Origin: an uncultured bacterium
GTDB lineage: Bacteria > Bacteroidota > Bacteroidia > Chitinophagales > Chitinophagaceae
NCBI GenBank assembly: GCA_903921675.1
Contig: CAIXQW010000256.1
Coordinates: 12,958 to 76,957 of the forward strand
Reading direction: 5' to 3'
Length of the DNA stretch: 64,000 bases
The notes below the pieces were generated by a model. It was given only the letters and a program-made list of their open reading frames with translations. It made no database searches and had not been told where the DNA came from. How positions within the stretch are numbered: the first letter of the stretch is position 1; each line of letters begins with the position of its first letter. The position numbers and the translations under genes were made by a program. This document shows, piece after piece, positions 26,694 through 35,045 of this stretch.

Positions 26694-29054
26694 CTATAAT
26701 TCTGCAAAAAGTTGTACAGTAAAATTGCGCATAGGTGCTATTAATGCAGGCCTAACATAATACTCTATATTCAATACATTTTTTACTACCATAGCTACTT
26801 TTATTTGTGTGTTTAATTGATAACTCAATCTGATATCACTCAGCCAAACCCAGTTGTTATAGTTTTGTCTGTATTTTTTAATTGTTGTTGGAATTCCATT
26901 ACCGAAAGAGCCATTTGGACTTGTGCCATAATCGAATATTGTTCCAAATGGGTTTTGAGAAGGCTTTGTGTTTTCAAACACCTCATCAATGTTTACCATA
27001 GGCGAGTTGATGGTATTGATGCTAGCCAAGCCGAATCCTTTGTAAGTGCCATCCCATGTGGCTTTCATTGTATGTGCATATCTGTATTTTAAAAAATTTC
27101 TATCTGTACTATAGTTTGCCATGATAGCACTATCTGGATTAATTTGCTTTGGATTTAAATATGTGTAACCAAGTACAAAATTATGTGTAATTTTTCCCGC
27201 CAATTGCGCATAGATAGATACATCTATGCCTTGCATTTTGGTATTGCCAATGTTTCTGCTTTGGAATCCTAGAAATGGTATAATATTAGAAACAGGTGTG
27301 TCTGGAAGGTTTGCTCCAAAATTAAACTCCATCATATTTTTATACTGCATCTCAAACACTGCCACATCTGCAAAGCCAACTAATTTGCCTATTGCAAAAC
27401 CTTGTTTCATGCCAATTTCTGTGCTCCAGCCAAACTCGCTTTGCAATTTGGTATTTGGAAAAACGCTAGCAGCACCAAAATCTGTATTTACAAATCTTTC
27501 TGCTATGGTTGGGTAGCGGTAGCCTTGCCCCCAACTAGCACGAATATTTGTACCGCGAGTAGGCTCATAATTCAACCCAGCACGATACACCATTCTGCTT
27601 TCTACTTTGTAGGTATCTACAGCATTGGTTTCGTTCCTAGCCCCTGCTACCAACCATATTTTACCTAGTTTTTTTTCGAGTTGAATGTACTGTGCTATGT
27701 TATAGCCCTTATGCGCACCATATAATTCTCCAGTTACCTTAGTTCTTGTACCTACTATTCCTGCAATAAAGTTTGCATTCTTAAAAATACCTGTGGAATC
27801 ATTCCATTTTTTTACTGCTTGATATTCGCTATAAAAAGTTTTACCAGTAGATGTTTGTTGTTTTTCTGGAATAAGGTTTTGGGTAAACAAATATCTATTT
27901 CGTAAATTATGCTGCCATCCTTTACTAGAAGTATACTGAATAATTGGGTCAACATTAGCTCTTGTTCCTTGGTTTTTATTTAAGGTAGTAGTAGAGTCTG
28001 CAGTACCGCCATATGGCAGTAATAAATTTGTTAGGCTAGTGTCTGCTTGATGCAAGAAGAATGTACTAGACTTACCCAATTGCACATTACTATTTAAAGA
28101 GAGTATTAATCCATTGATGCTTTTTACTTTATGGCGAATATTGGCATTGCCCCTTATTCGGCGGGTAGCATCGCCTTGCAAGTAGGAATCTTCTGCAAAC
28201 CAAGCACTTCCTAATACAATGTCTGTATTACCAATTTTGCGAGAATGGCTCGCATAGCCACCCATAAAACTAGGCTGTTTTTTGCCCCACCAAATCATTT
28301 CTTTGCGGTTTGGATTGCCAAACATACCATTATACAATTGAATTTTAGTAATTGGTTTGCTGCGCGCATAGGCAGTTCTAAAATTTACAACACCATTCAA
28401 TGCACTGCTACCATATAATGTACTAGCAGCACCTTTTAATACTTCTATTTGTTCGCAATTTTCTATCGGTAAAAAATCCCATTTGGCATCTTGCGCATCG
28501 GCAGTAAGCATTGGCATATCATCTACCATTACCATTACTCTGCTACCTGCGCCATAACTCCATCCTGCACCACCGCGTATATTAATTTGATTGTCTACCA
28601 CAGTTACACCAGGCACTTTATTTAATGCATCATCTACTCTGTTGATAGCAGCACTGTTTATAAACTCAGGTTTAATCACTTCAATACTTACAATTTCTTC
28701 TGCAGCACGTTTTTTGAATCTGCTTCCACTAACTGTTATTGTATTTATTTCTTTTTTTGCAGAAACTAATTGGAAATTTTGCAGTTGCGGTTCGGTTTTA
28801 TTGGCAACAGATATTGTTGCAGATAAGATTTGATAACCTTTAGCTTGAATAGTTAATTGGTAAGTACCTGCTGCAAGAACTAATTGATATTGCCCATCTG
28901 CATTGGTTTTGGTGATTGTTCCGTTGATTTCTAATTTGGCATCTGCAATAGATTCCCCACTAAAATTGGTGATTGTTCCGTTGATAGATTGTGCATTTAC
29001 ATCGCATACTAGTAGTAAAATACCTAGCAAGGAAAATAATATTTTGTACATCAT
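26694..29054 (-). CDS. TonB-dependent receptor with N-terminal carboxypeptidase-regulatory-like domain
   Basis: 786 aa. Signal peptide ending NAQ, a CarbopepD_reg-like start (INGTITNFSGESIADAKLEI), a plug region (VPGVTV...IRGG) and the terminal barrel strand FTVQLFAEL. Confidence 0.9.
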   Translation of the reverse strand: MMYKILFSLLGILLLVCDVNAQSINGTITNFSGESIADAKLEINGTITKTNADGQYQLVLAAGTYQLTIQAKGYQILSATISVANKTEPQLQNFQLVSAKKEINTITVSGSRFKKRAAEEIVSIEVIKPEFINSAAINRVDDALNKVPGVTVVDNQINIRGGAGWSYGAGSRVMVMVDDMPMLTADAQDAKWDFLPIENCEQIEVLKGAASTLYGSSALNGVVNFRTAYARSKPITKIQLYNGMFGNPNRKEMIWWGKKQPSFMGGYASHSRKIGNTDIVLGSAWFAEDSYLQGDATRRIRGNANIRHKVKSINGLILSLNSNVQLGKSSTFFLHQADTSLTNLLLPYGGTADSTTTLNKNQGTRANVDPIIQYTSSKGWQHNLRNRYLFTQNLIPEKQQTSTGKTFYSEYQAVKKWNDSTGIFKNANFIAGIVGTRTKVTGELYGAHKGYNIAQYIQLEKKLGKIWLVAGARNETNAVDTYKVESRMVYRAGLNYEPTRGTNIRASWGQGYRYPTIAERFVNTDFGAASVFPNTKLQSEFGWSTEIGMKQGFAIGKLVGFADVAVFEMQYKNMMEFNFGANLPDTPVSNIIPFLGFQSRNIGNTKMQGIDVSIYAQLAGKITHNFVLGYTYLNPKQINPDSAIMANYSTDRNFLKYRYAHTMKATWDGTYKGFGLASINTINSPMVNIDEVFENTKPSQNPFGTIFDYGTSPNGSFGNGIPTTIKKYRQNYNNWVWLSDIRLSYQLNTQIKVAMVVKNVLNIEYYVRPALIAPMRNFTVQLFAEL

Positions 29055-29085
29055 TGCCTAAAAATAGTTAGAAAACATTACTTTT

Positions 29086-29922
29086 ATGTCCAAATATCAA
29101 AAAATGAAAAAAATATTTTTACTATTAAGCATTATTTGCTTTACACAACTAGCTATGGCACAATGTGTGCCAGGTACAAAAACAGCTCCAGGAAAAGGGT
29201 ATATTATTCCGGATAGTGCAACAGGTATGGTGCATGCATGCGCAGGATTACCATATGATGAAACATTTTACATAAAAGCATTTAAAGATACTACCATTAT
29301 AGTAATTACTGGTACTACAGACTCTATCATTATTAATGTAGACCCTATTACCATAGGCTTGCCTAGCTATTTAAACGTAACAACTAAACCTGCAACATTG
29401 CCCGCTAATGCAATACATAATTTCCCACATATTTCTATAAAAGGAGATTCTTTGGCATGTATTCGTATTCAAGGAACAGTGCCTACAGGAACAGCTGCTG
29501 CAACTACTTCATTAAATATTCCATTTGAGGCATATTTGCAACTATCAATTGGAGGATTCCCTACTGGAGATACGTCTTTGGCTGCTAGTTATTCTAGCTA
29601 CAAATACATTATAGATGCCCCAGGAACTGGCGTTTGCGCTGTAAATATTAATCAAATCAATCGTAATTTAAGTGCTGTACAAGTAGTGCCAAATCCTGCA
29701 CAAGAATTGATTTATGTAAATATGGTAGCTAATCAATCAGAGGATGTTACTGTAAGCATTACAAATGCAATTGGTCAAACTATTGCCAACAAACAAACAC
29801 TATTAAACAAAGGAAGCAATTTTATTCCTTTCGACCTTAGTAGCTATACTTCTGGTATGTATATGTACACTATCCGCAACAAACAAAATGCAGTAGTAAG
29901 TGGTAAATTTGTAAAAAAATAA
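29086..29922 (+). CDS. secreted protein with T9SS type A C-terminal sorting domain
   Basis: Signal peptide ...QLAMAQ. The C-terminus is VVPNPAQELIYVNM...YMYTIRNKQNAVVSGKFVKK. The alternative start at 29104 (MKKIFLL) is likely. Confidence 0.7.
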   Translation: MSKYQKMKKIFLLLSIICFTQLAMAQCVPGTKTAPGKGYIIPDSATGMVHACAGLPYDETFYIKAFKDTTIIVITGTTDSIIINVDPITIGLPSYLNVTTKPATLPANAIHNFPHISIKGDSLACIRIQGTVPTGTAAATTSLNIPFEAYLQLSIGGFPTGDTSLAASYSSYKYIIDAPGTGVCAVNINQINRNLSAVQVVPNPAQELIYVNMVANQSEDVTVSITNAIGQTIANKQTLLNKGSNFIPFDLSSYTSGMYMYTIRNKQNAVVSGKFVKK

Positions 29923-29947
29923 ACGTATAAAAAATAATTGAAATTAA

Positions 29948-29974
29948 AGCTCAGATAATCTCTGGGCTTTTTTT
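29948..29974 (+). terminator. rho-independent terminator candidate
   Basis: The stem agctcaga/tctgggct is 8 bp with one G-U pair, the loop is taatc, and a T6 run follows. It lies 26 nt after the stop at 29922. Confidence 0.5.
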
Positions 29975-30049
29975 ATGCCCATTCAATTTTGTGTATAAAA
30001 TATTCTACAGGAAAACCAATGGGTATTGTAGAATAGCATCTGAAATGAT

Positions 30050-30057
30050 TATATTTG
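30050..30057 (+). promoter_or_regulatory. candidate -7 box TATATTTG for dnaN, with TTG at 30026-30028 as a candidate -33
   Basis: Exact TAnnTTTG match, 41 nt upstream of the dnaN ATG. The -33 TTG sits 21 nt upstream of the box. Confidence 0.45.
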
Positions 30058-30098
30058 CGGTTCTTAAAAATTACAACAAACAATAAATTGAAATAATT

Positions 30099-31217
30099 AT
30101 GAAATTCATCGTAAGTAGTGGCTTGCTTTTAAAAAATTTACAAAGTGTTAGTGGTATCATCAGCACCAATCCAGCTATGCCTGTAGTTGAAAATTTTAAA
30201 TTTGATATCAATAAAGATAAATTAAAAATTACTGCCACCGACCTAGAAACTACTATGAGTGTAGTGGTAGATGTGCAGTGCAAAGAAAGCGCAGCCATTT
30301 GTGTAGAAGCAAAAATGTTGATGGATTTCTTGAAAAACCTTGGTGAGCAACCTTTGACTTTTGATGTAAACCTACAAGACTATAAAGTAGACTTTACTAG
30401 CGACGAAGGGCACTATAGCATTCCTGGCGAAAACGCAGAACAATTCCCTAAAGAACCTGTAGCAGAAAATGCAACAGAATTTACCATGCTTAGCAGCCGC
30501 TTGGTTACTGCAATTAGCAATACCGTATTTGCTGTAAGTACAGATGAGTTGCGCCCTGCAATGACTGGTGTGTATTTTGAAATGAATAAAACACACATCA
30601 CTTTTGTAGCTACAGATGCACACCGCTTAGTACGCTATATGCTTACAGATGTAAAATGCCCAGAAGAGAGTAGCTTGATAGTACCTAAAAAACCATTGAG
30701 CCAATTGAAAGGAGTATTAAGTAATGATGATACACAAGTAACTATTGCTTACAACCACTCTCATTTATTTGTAAACAATGGTAAAATAAATTTATGTTGT
30801 AGATTGATAGATGCAAAATTCCCGGATTACAAAATGGTAATACCGAGTAATAATCCGTATTTGCTTACTGTAAACCGCGCCGAATTTTTAAGTGCATTGC
30901 GTCGTGTGAGTGTATTTGCTAATAAAACTACCAATCAGTTAGTACTAAAAATAAGTGGTAGCGAGTTGCGTTTATTTGCACAAGATGTAGACTTTGCACA
31001 CGAAGGTAAGGAGCGCATGGCTTGCCAATACCAAGGAGAAGATATGGACATTGCCTTTAATGCTAAATTATTCTTAGAATTAATTAATGTACTAACTTGG
31101 GAAGAAATAAGCATAGAGCTTAGTACACCTAGCCGCGCAGGTATCATTAAAACTACAGAGCCTATAGAAGGCGAAGATATTTTGATGTTGATTATGCCTT
31201 TGATGATTAATAGTTAG
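30099..31217 (+). CDS. dnaN: DNA polymerase III beta subunit (sliding clamp)
   Basis: 372 aa. MKFIVSSGLLLKNLQSVSGII, ATDLETTM, DELRPAMTGVYFE, FVATDAHRL and the end MLIMPLMINS have the typical DnaN three-domain pattern. Confidence 0.95.
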   Translation: MKFIVSSGLLLKNLQSVSGIISTNPAMPVVENFKFDINKDKLKITATDLETTMSVVVDVQCKESAAICVEAKMLMDFLKNLGEQPLTFDVNLQDYKVDFTSDEGHYSIPGENAEQFPKEPVAENATEFTMLSSRLVTAISNTVFAVSTDELRPAMTGVYFEMNKTHITFVATDAHRLVRYMLTDVKCPEESSLIVPKKPLSQLKGVLSNDDTQVTIAYNHSHLFVNNGKINLCCRLIDAKFPDYKMVIPSNNPYLLTVNRAEFLSALRRVSVFANKTTNQLVLKISGSELRLFAQDVDFAHEGKERMACQYQGEDMDIAFNAKLFLELINVLTWEEISIELSTPSRAGIIKTTEPIEGEDILMLIMPLMINS

Positions 31218-31263
31218 TATTGAGTAGCAAGAATCAAGTATTAAGATTAAAGATAGAAAGAAG

Positions 31264-31290
31264 TCCTGAGTTATTAACTCGGGATTTTTT
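31264..31290 (+). terminator. rho-independent terminator candidate after dnaN
   Basis: Hairpin tcctgagtt/aactcggga with one G-U pair, followed by T6. Confidence 0.5.
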
Positions 31291-31305
31291 ATATCGGCAT
31301 TAACC

Positions 31306-31348
31306 ATTGTAATTAAAAAATAGTATTGGACTATTTTTTAATTACAAT
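31306..31348. repeat. perfect 19-bp inverted repeat (attgtaattaaaaaatagt / actattttttaattacaat) with a 5-nt loop
   Basis: I verified this base by base: left arm 31306-31324, loop 31325-31329, right arm 31330-31348. It lies 18 nt upstream of the SDR start codon. Confidence 0.9.
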
Positions 31349-31366
31349 TGGTATAACTTTACCGCT

Positions 31367-32065
31367 ATGAATGCCATCATCACAGGAGCCTCTAAAGGAA
31401 TAGGAAAAGCAATTGCAGAAAAGTTAGTTCGAGAAAATGTAAACATTGCTTTTTGTAGTCGCAATCAAAAAGATATTTGGAATACAGCCAAAGAGCTGCA
31501 CGACATCAACAAAGTAAAAATTTATCATCAAACCGCAGACTTGACCAAAAAAGCTGAATGCGATTTATTTATAAAAAATGCTATTGCAGAATTAGGCAAT
31601 ATAGATTTACTCATTAATAATACAGGCACTTATACTCCTGGTGAAATTTATAGCGAAGCAGATGGTGCATTAGAGCACTTAATGAGCACCAATTTGTACA
31701 GTGCTTATCATATAACGCGAGCTTGCTTGCCTAATATGCTACAGCGACAACAAGGACATATTTTTAATATTTGTAGTATAGCAGGTATACAGCCTTATGC
31801 AAATGGCGGCAGCTATAGCATTAGCAAATATGCAATGGTAGGCTTTAGTAAAAACTTGCGCGAAGAGCTAAAACCAAAAGGCATAAAAGTAACAACTGTA
31901 AACCCTGGCGCCACCATGAGTGACAGTTGGAGCGGCTCGGATATAGACCCAAAAAGAATTATGGAAGCCAAAGATATTGCAGATGCTATTTGGGCTATTT
32001 ACAATCTGGCTAGCCAAACAGTAGTAGAAGAAATTGTAATGAGGCCGCAGTTGGGGGATTTGTAG
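31367..32065 (+). CDS. short-chain dehydrogenase/reductase (SDR) family oxidoreductase
   Basis: The cofactor motif is TGASKGIGKAIA, followed by NNTG and the catalytic YSISKYA (YxxxK). Confidence 0.88.
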   Translation: MNAIITGASKGIGKAIAEKLVRENVNIAFCSRNQKDIWNTAKELHDINKVKIYHQTADLTKKAECDLFIKNAIAELGNIDLLINNTGTYTPGEIYSEADGALEHLMSTNLYSAYHITRACLPNMLQRQQGHIFNICSIAGIQPYANGGSYSISKYAMVGFSKNLREELKPKGIKVTTVNPGATMSDSWSGSDIDPKRIMEAKDIADAIWAIYNLASQTVVEEIVMRPQLGDL

Positions 32066-32085
32066 AAGAAAGAATTACCTCAAAC

Positions 32086-32117
32086 AAAAATGCCCTTGAA
32101 AACTCAAGAGCATTTTT
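32086..32117. terminator. bidirectional terminator candidate between convergent SDR and nifU-like genes
   Basis: Stem atgcccttga/tcaagagcat is 10 bp with one mismatch, and the loop is aaac. An A-run lies on the left and a T-run on the right. Confidence 0.55.
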
Positions 32118-32137
32118 AAATATTATATTTTAAAAAA

Positions 32138-32734
32138 TTATTCTGCCTCTGCCAATACCTCTTTTACTTCTGGTATCATTCTTTTCATCATGCCTTCTAT
32201 GCCGGCTTTTAAAGTAACCATGCTGCTTGGGCAACCACTACAGCTTCCTTGCATCATTAGTTTTACAATACCATCGTTGTAGCTTCTAAACTGTATTGCA
32301 CCGCCATCCATTTCTACAGATGGTTTTACATAGTTTTCTAATAATTCTTTAATGCGTTTTACCACATCTTCGTCGCCTTCATTAATTACATTGCTACTTG
32401 GCTGAATTACTACTTCATCTTCATTAATTACCACCTTACCTTCTTCTAAATATTCTTTTAAAAATTGGCGCAGTTCTGGTATGGCATCTTCCCACGCGGT
32501 ATCTGCCGTTTTGGTAACGGTTACAAAGTTGCTAGCTATAAACACTCCTTTTACAAATGGAAAGCCAAATAACTCTTGTGCCAATGGGCTAGGCTTTGCT
32601 TCTTCTTCTGTGGCAAAATCTATACTCTTGCCAGGATACATTAGTTTGTTGGCTACAAACTTCATGGTTTCTGGGTTTGGCGTCATTTCGCTATAAATAC
32701 TTACTATCGGATTTCCGGTTTTTACAACACTCAT
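32138..32734 (-). CDS. NifU/Nfu-type Fe-S cluster scaffold protein (Nfu_N plus NifU C-terminal domain)
   Basis: 198 aa. The N-terminus TPNPETMKFVANK is the Nfu_N domain, and the C-terminus has MQGSCSGCPSS (CxxC). Confidence 0.88.
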   Translation of the reverse strand: MSVVKTGNPIVSIYSEMTPNPETMKFVANKLMYPGKSIDFATEEEAKPSPLAQELFGFPFVKGVFIASNFVTVTKTADTAWEDAIPELRQFLKEYLEEGKVVINEDEVVIQPSSNVINEGDEDVVKRIKELLENYVKPSVEMDGGAIQFRSYNDGIVKLMMQGSCSGCPSSMVTLKAGIEGMMKRMIPEVKEVLAEAE

Positions 32735-32756
32735 TATTCTATAAAAATTAAGAACA

Positions 32757-32764
32757 CAAAATTA
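32757..32764 (-). promoter_or_regulatory. candidate -7 box TAATTTTG for the nifU-like gene
   Basis: The plus strand reads caaaatta, 22 nt upstream of the ATG at 32734. Confidence 0.4.
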
Positions 32765-32874
32765 CAGTTTTACTCCATACAAAAAATAGATATTTGTAAG
32801 GTTTAACAGTTGGAAACAATTAGAAGGAATATTATCGTAATGCAAAACCACATACTTTAACCCCTACAATGCCT

Positions 32875-32882
32875 TATATTTG
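32875..32882 (+). promoter_or_regulatory. candidate -7 box TATATTTG for the DUF4290-murA pair
   Basis: Exact TAnnTTTG match, 32 nt upstream of the ATG at 32915. Confidence 0.45.
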
Positions 32883-32914
32883 CATATTAAGCAATAACAA
32901 TATAAATATACAGA

Positions 32915-33625
32915 ATGGAATATAATACCGAGAGAGACCAAATAGTCATTAGCGAATATGGCAGGTGCGTGCAAGAAATGATTAATTATTTACTTACCAT
33001 AGAAGACACTGCAAAGCGTCAGAAAAATGCAGAAGCAGTGGTAGAAACAATGGCCATTTTAAATAGCCAACACAAAGGCGTAGAAGATTACAAACAAAAA
33101 TTTTGGGACCATTTGTACGAAATTACAGATTGGAAGCTAGATATAGAAAGCCCTTATGGCATACCAGACAGAGCAGAACGCGAAGCTAAGCCAGACCCGC
33201 TTGGCTACCCAAGCAATAAAATTCGTTGGAATCATTTGGGTAAAAATGTAGAGCAATTGTTTGAAAAAGCAAAAGCAGAAACCGATGCCGATAAGAAAAA
33301 AGGATATGCACAAGCCTTGGGCAACTACATGAAGATTGCTTACAAAAACTACCACGAAGAAAACGTAACCGACGAGCAGATAAAAGACGAAATTGCGAAT
33401 ATGAGTAAAGGCGATTTGCAATACAATAATGCAAACGAGTTCAGGAAATATGTAGATGGCACATTAAGCGAAAGCGAAAGTGTTACTGGCATTCGCAATC
33501 ATAAAATGAACAAAAACTACGAAGTAGCTACAGGCCGCCAAGGCATGAACAGAGGCAATTTCCGCAACAACAATAATAGTAGCGGCAATAAATACGGCAA
33601 CAAAAATTTTAAATACAAAAAATAA
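32915..33625 (+). CDS. DUF4290-like protein (conserved upstream neighbour of murA in Bacteroidota)
   Basis: 236 aa with a basic N/G-rich tail. Its position immediately 5' of murA matches my recollection of DUF4290, but I did not search. Confidence 0.6.
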   Translation: MEYNTERDQIVISEYGRCVQEMINYLLTIEDTAKRQKNAEAVVETMAILNSQHKGVEDYKQKFWDHLYEITDWKLDIESPYGIPDRAEREAKPDPLGYPSNKIRWNHLGKNVEQLFEKAKAETDADKKKGYAQALGNYMKIAYKNYHEENVTDEQIKDEIANMSKGDLQYNNANEFRKYVDGTLSESESVTGIRNHKMNKNYEVATGRQGMNRGNFRNNNNSSGNKYGNKNFKYKK

Positions 33626-33630
33626 GTACA

Positions 33631-34941
33631 TTGAATAGCTTTGAGATACGCGGAGGTACGCCACTAATAGGCAGTGTAAAACCACAAGGAGCAAAAAACG
33701 AAGCCTTGCAAGTAATAAGTGCAGTGCTATTAACGCCAGAACCTGTTACTATCAATAATATTCCAGATATTTTGGATGTAAATGCATTGATAGATTTAAT
33801 AGCAGATATGGGTGTAATGGTCAATCGTACTTCGCGCAGCTCGGCTACATTCCAAGCCAAAGATGTAAACCTAGAGTATTTAATAAGTGCCGATTTTAAA
33901 AAGAAAAGTGGCAAATTGCGCGGCAGCGTAATGCTTGCAGGGCCTTTATTGGCGCGCTTTGGCAAGGCTTATATTCCACAACCTGGTGGCGATAAAATTG
34001 GTCGCCGCAGATTGGATACCCATATCTTGGGTTTCGAAAAACTAGGTGCCAAATATATTTACAACGAGAATGATCATTTTTTTACCATTACTGCAGACAA
34101 GTTAGAAGGCACTTACCTATTAATGGATGAACCTAGCGTAACTGGCACAGCCAATGTATTGATGAGTGCAGTAACGGCGCACGGCAAAACGCGTATTTAC
34201 AATGCTGCCTGCGAACCATATATACAGCAGCTATGCAGAATGCTAAACAGAATGGGTGCCAAAATTAGTGGCGTTGGTAGCAATTTGCTTACAGTACAAG
34301 GTGTAGATAGAAGCGCTATGATAGGCTGCGACCATACCATACTTGCCGATATGATTGAGGTAGGTAGCTTTATAGGTATGGCTGCTATGACTGGTGGTGA
34401 TATTACTATTAAAAAATGCAATATCAAACACCTTGGGCCTATACCAGATGTGTTTCAGAAATTAGGTATAGAATTACAGTTTGATAAAGACAATATTCGC
34501 GTGCCAGCACAAAAGCATTATGCTATTAAAAAATTTATAGACGGCAGCATTCTTACACTTAGCGACCATCCTTGGCCTGGCTTTACACCAGATTTAATTT
34601 CTATAGCTTTAGTAGTGGCTACACAAGCCAAAGGCACGGTGCTTATTCATCAAAAGATGTTTGAAAGCCGTTTGTTTTTTACAGATAAACTAATAGATAT
34701 GGGTGCGCAAATAGTGCTGTGCGACCCACACAGAGCAGTAGTAGTAGGCCATGATAAGCAAGTGCAACTGCGTGGCAATACCATGGTAAGCCCAGATATT
34801 CGTGCTGGATTGGCTTTGCTAATAGCTGCATTAAGTGCCGAAGGAAAATCTACTATCCAAAATATAGAACAGATAGATAGAGGCTACCAATACATAGATG
34901 AAAGACTGAGAAAATTAGGTGCTGATATCAAAAGAGTATAA
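33631..34941 (+). CDS. murA: UDP-N-acetylglucosamine 1-carboxyvinyltransferase MurA (Asp in place of the fosfomycin-target Cys)
   Basis: 436 aa with a TTG start. IRGGTPLIGSVKPQGAKNEAL, GGDKIGRRRLDTH and the overall length are typical MurA features. Confidence 0.95.
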   Translation: MNSFEIRGGTPLIGSVKPQGAKNEALQVISAVLLTPEPVTINNIPDILDVNALIDLIADMGVMVNRTSRSSATFQAKDVNLEYLISADFKKKSGKLRGSVMLAGPLLARFGKAYIPQPGGDKIGRRRLDTHILGFEKLGAKYIYNENDHFFTITADKLEGTYLLMDEPSVTGTANVLMSAVTAHGKTRIYNAACEPYIQQLCRMLNRMGAKISGVGSNLLTVQGVDRSAMIGCDHTILADMIEVGSFIGMAAMTGGDITIKKCNIKHLGPIPDVFQKLGIELQFDKDNIRVPAQKHYAIKKFIDGSILTLSDHPWPGFTPDLISIALVVATQAKGTVLIHQKMFESRLFFTDKLIDMGAQIVLCDPHRAVVVGHDKQVQLRGNTMVSPDIRAGLALLIAALSAEGKSTIQNIEQIDRGYQYIDERLRKLGADIKRV

Positions 34942-35012
34942 TTCTGCATTTCGTATTATTCTAAGCATAGCCATTACCTAGATATTATAATTATTCTTAT
35001 CTTTAATGCATC

Positions 35013-35020
35013 TACTTTTG
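35013..35020 (+). promoter_or_regulatory. candidate -7 box TACTTTTG for the PKD / T9SS type B gene
   Basis: Exact TAnnTTTG match, 25 nt upstream of the ATG at 35046. Confidence 0.4.
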
Positions 35021-35045
35021 GTTTAAAAAGTATAAAGCATTTTTT

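Noticed and set aside
29055-29103. Very short (31-49 bp) divergent intergenic region between the TonB-dependent receptor gene and the T9SS-CTD protein gene, as a possible shared regulatory site or riboswitch.
   Set aside because: It is too short for a riboswitch, and no TAnnTTTG box or palindrome is present. The promoters must lie within the neighbouring coding sequence, or the start codons are mis-set, and I cannot say more from sequence alone.
29975-30098. Possible replication origin next to dnaN.
   Set aside because: There is only one near-match to a DnaA box (tgtgtataa versus TGTGGATAA), no cluster of boxes, no dnaA gene nearby, and the region is only about 120 bp. dnaN is commonly unlinked from oriC in Bacteroidota.
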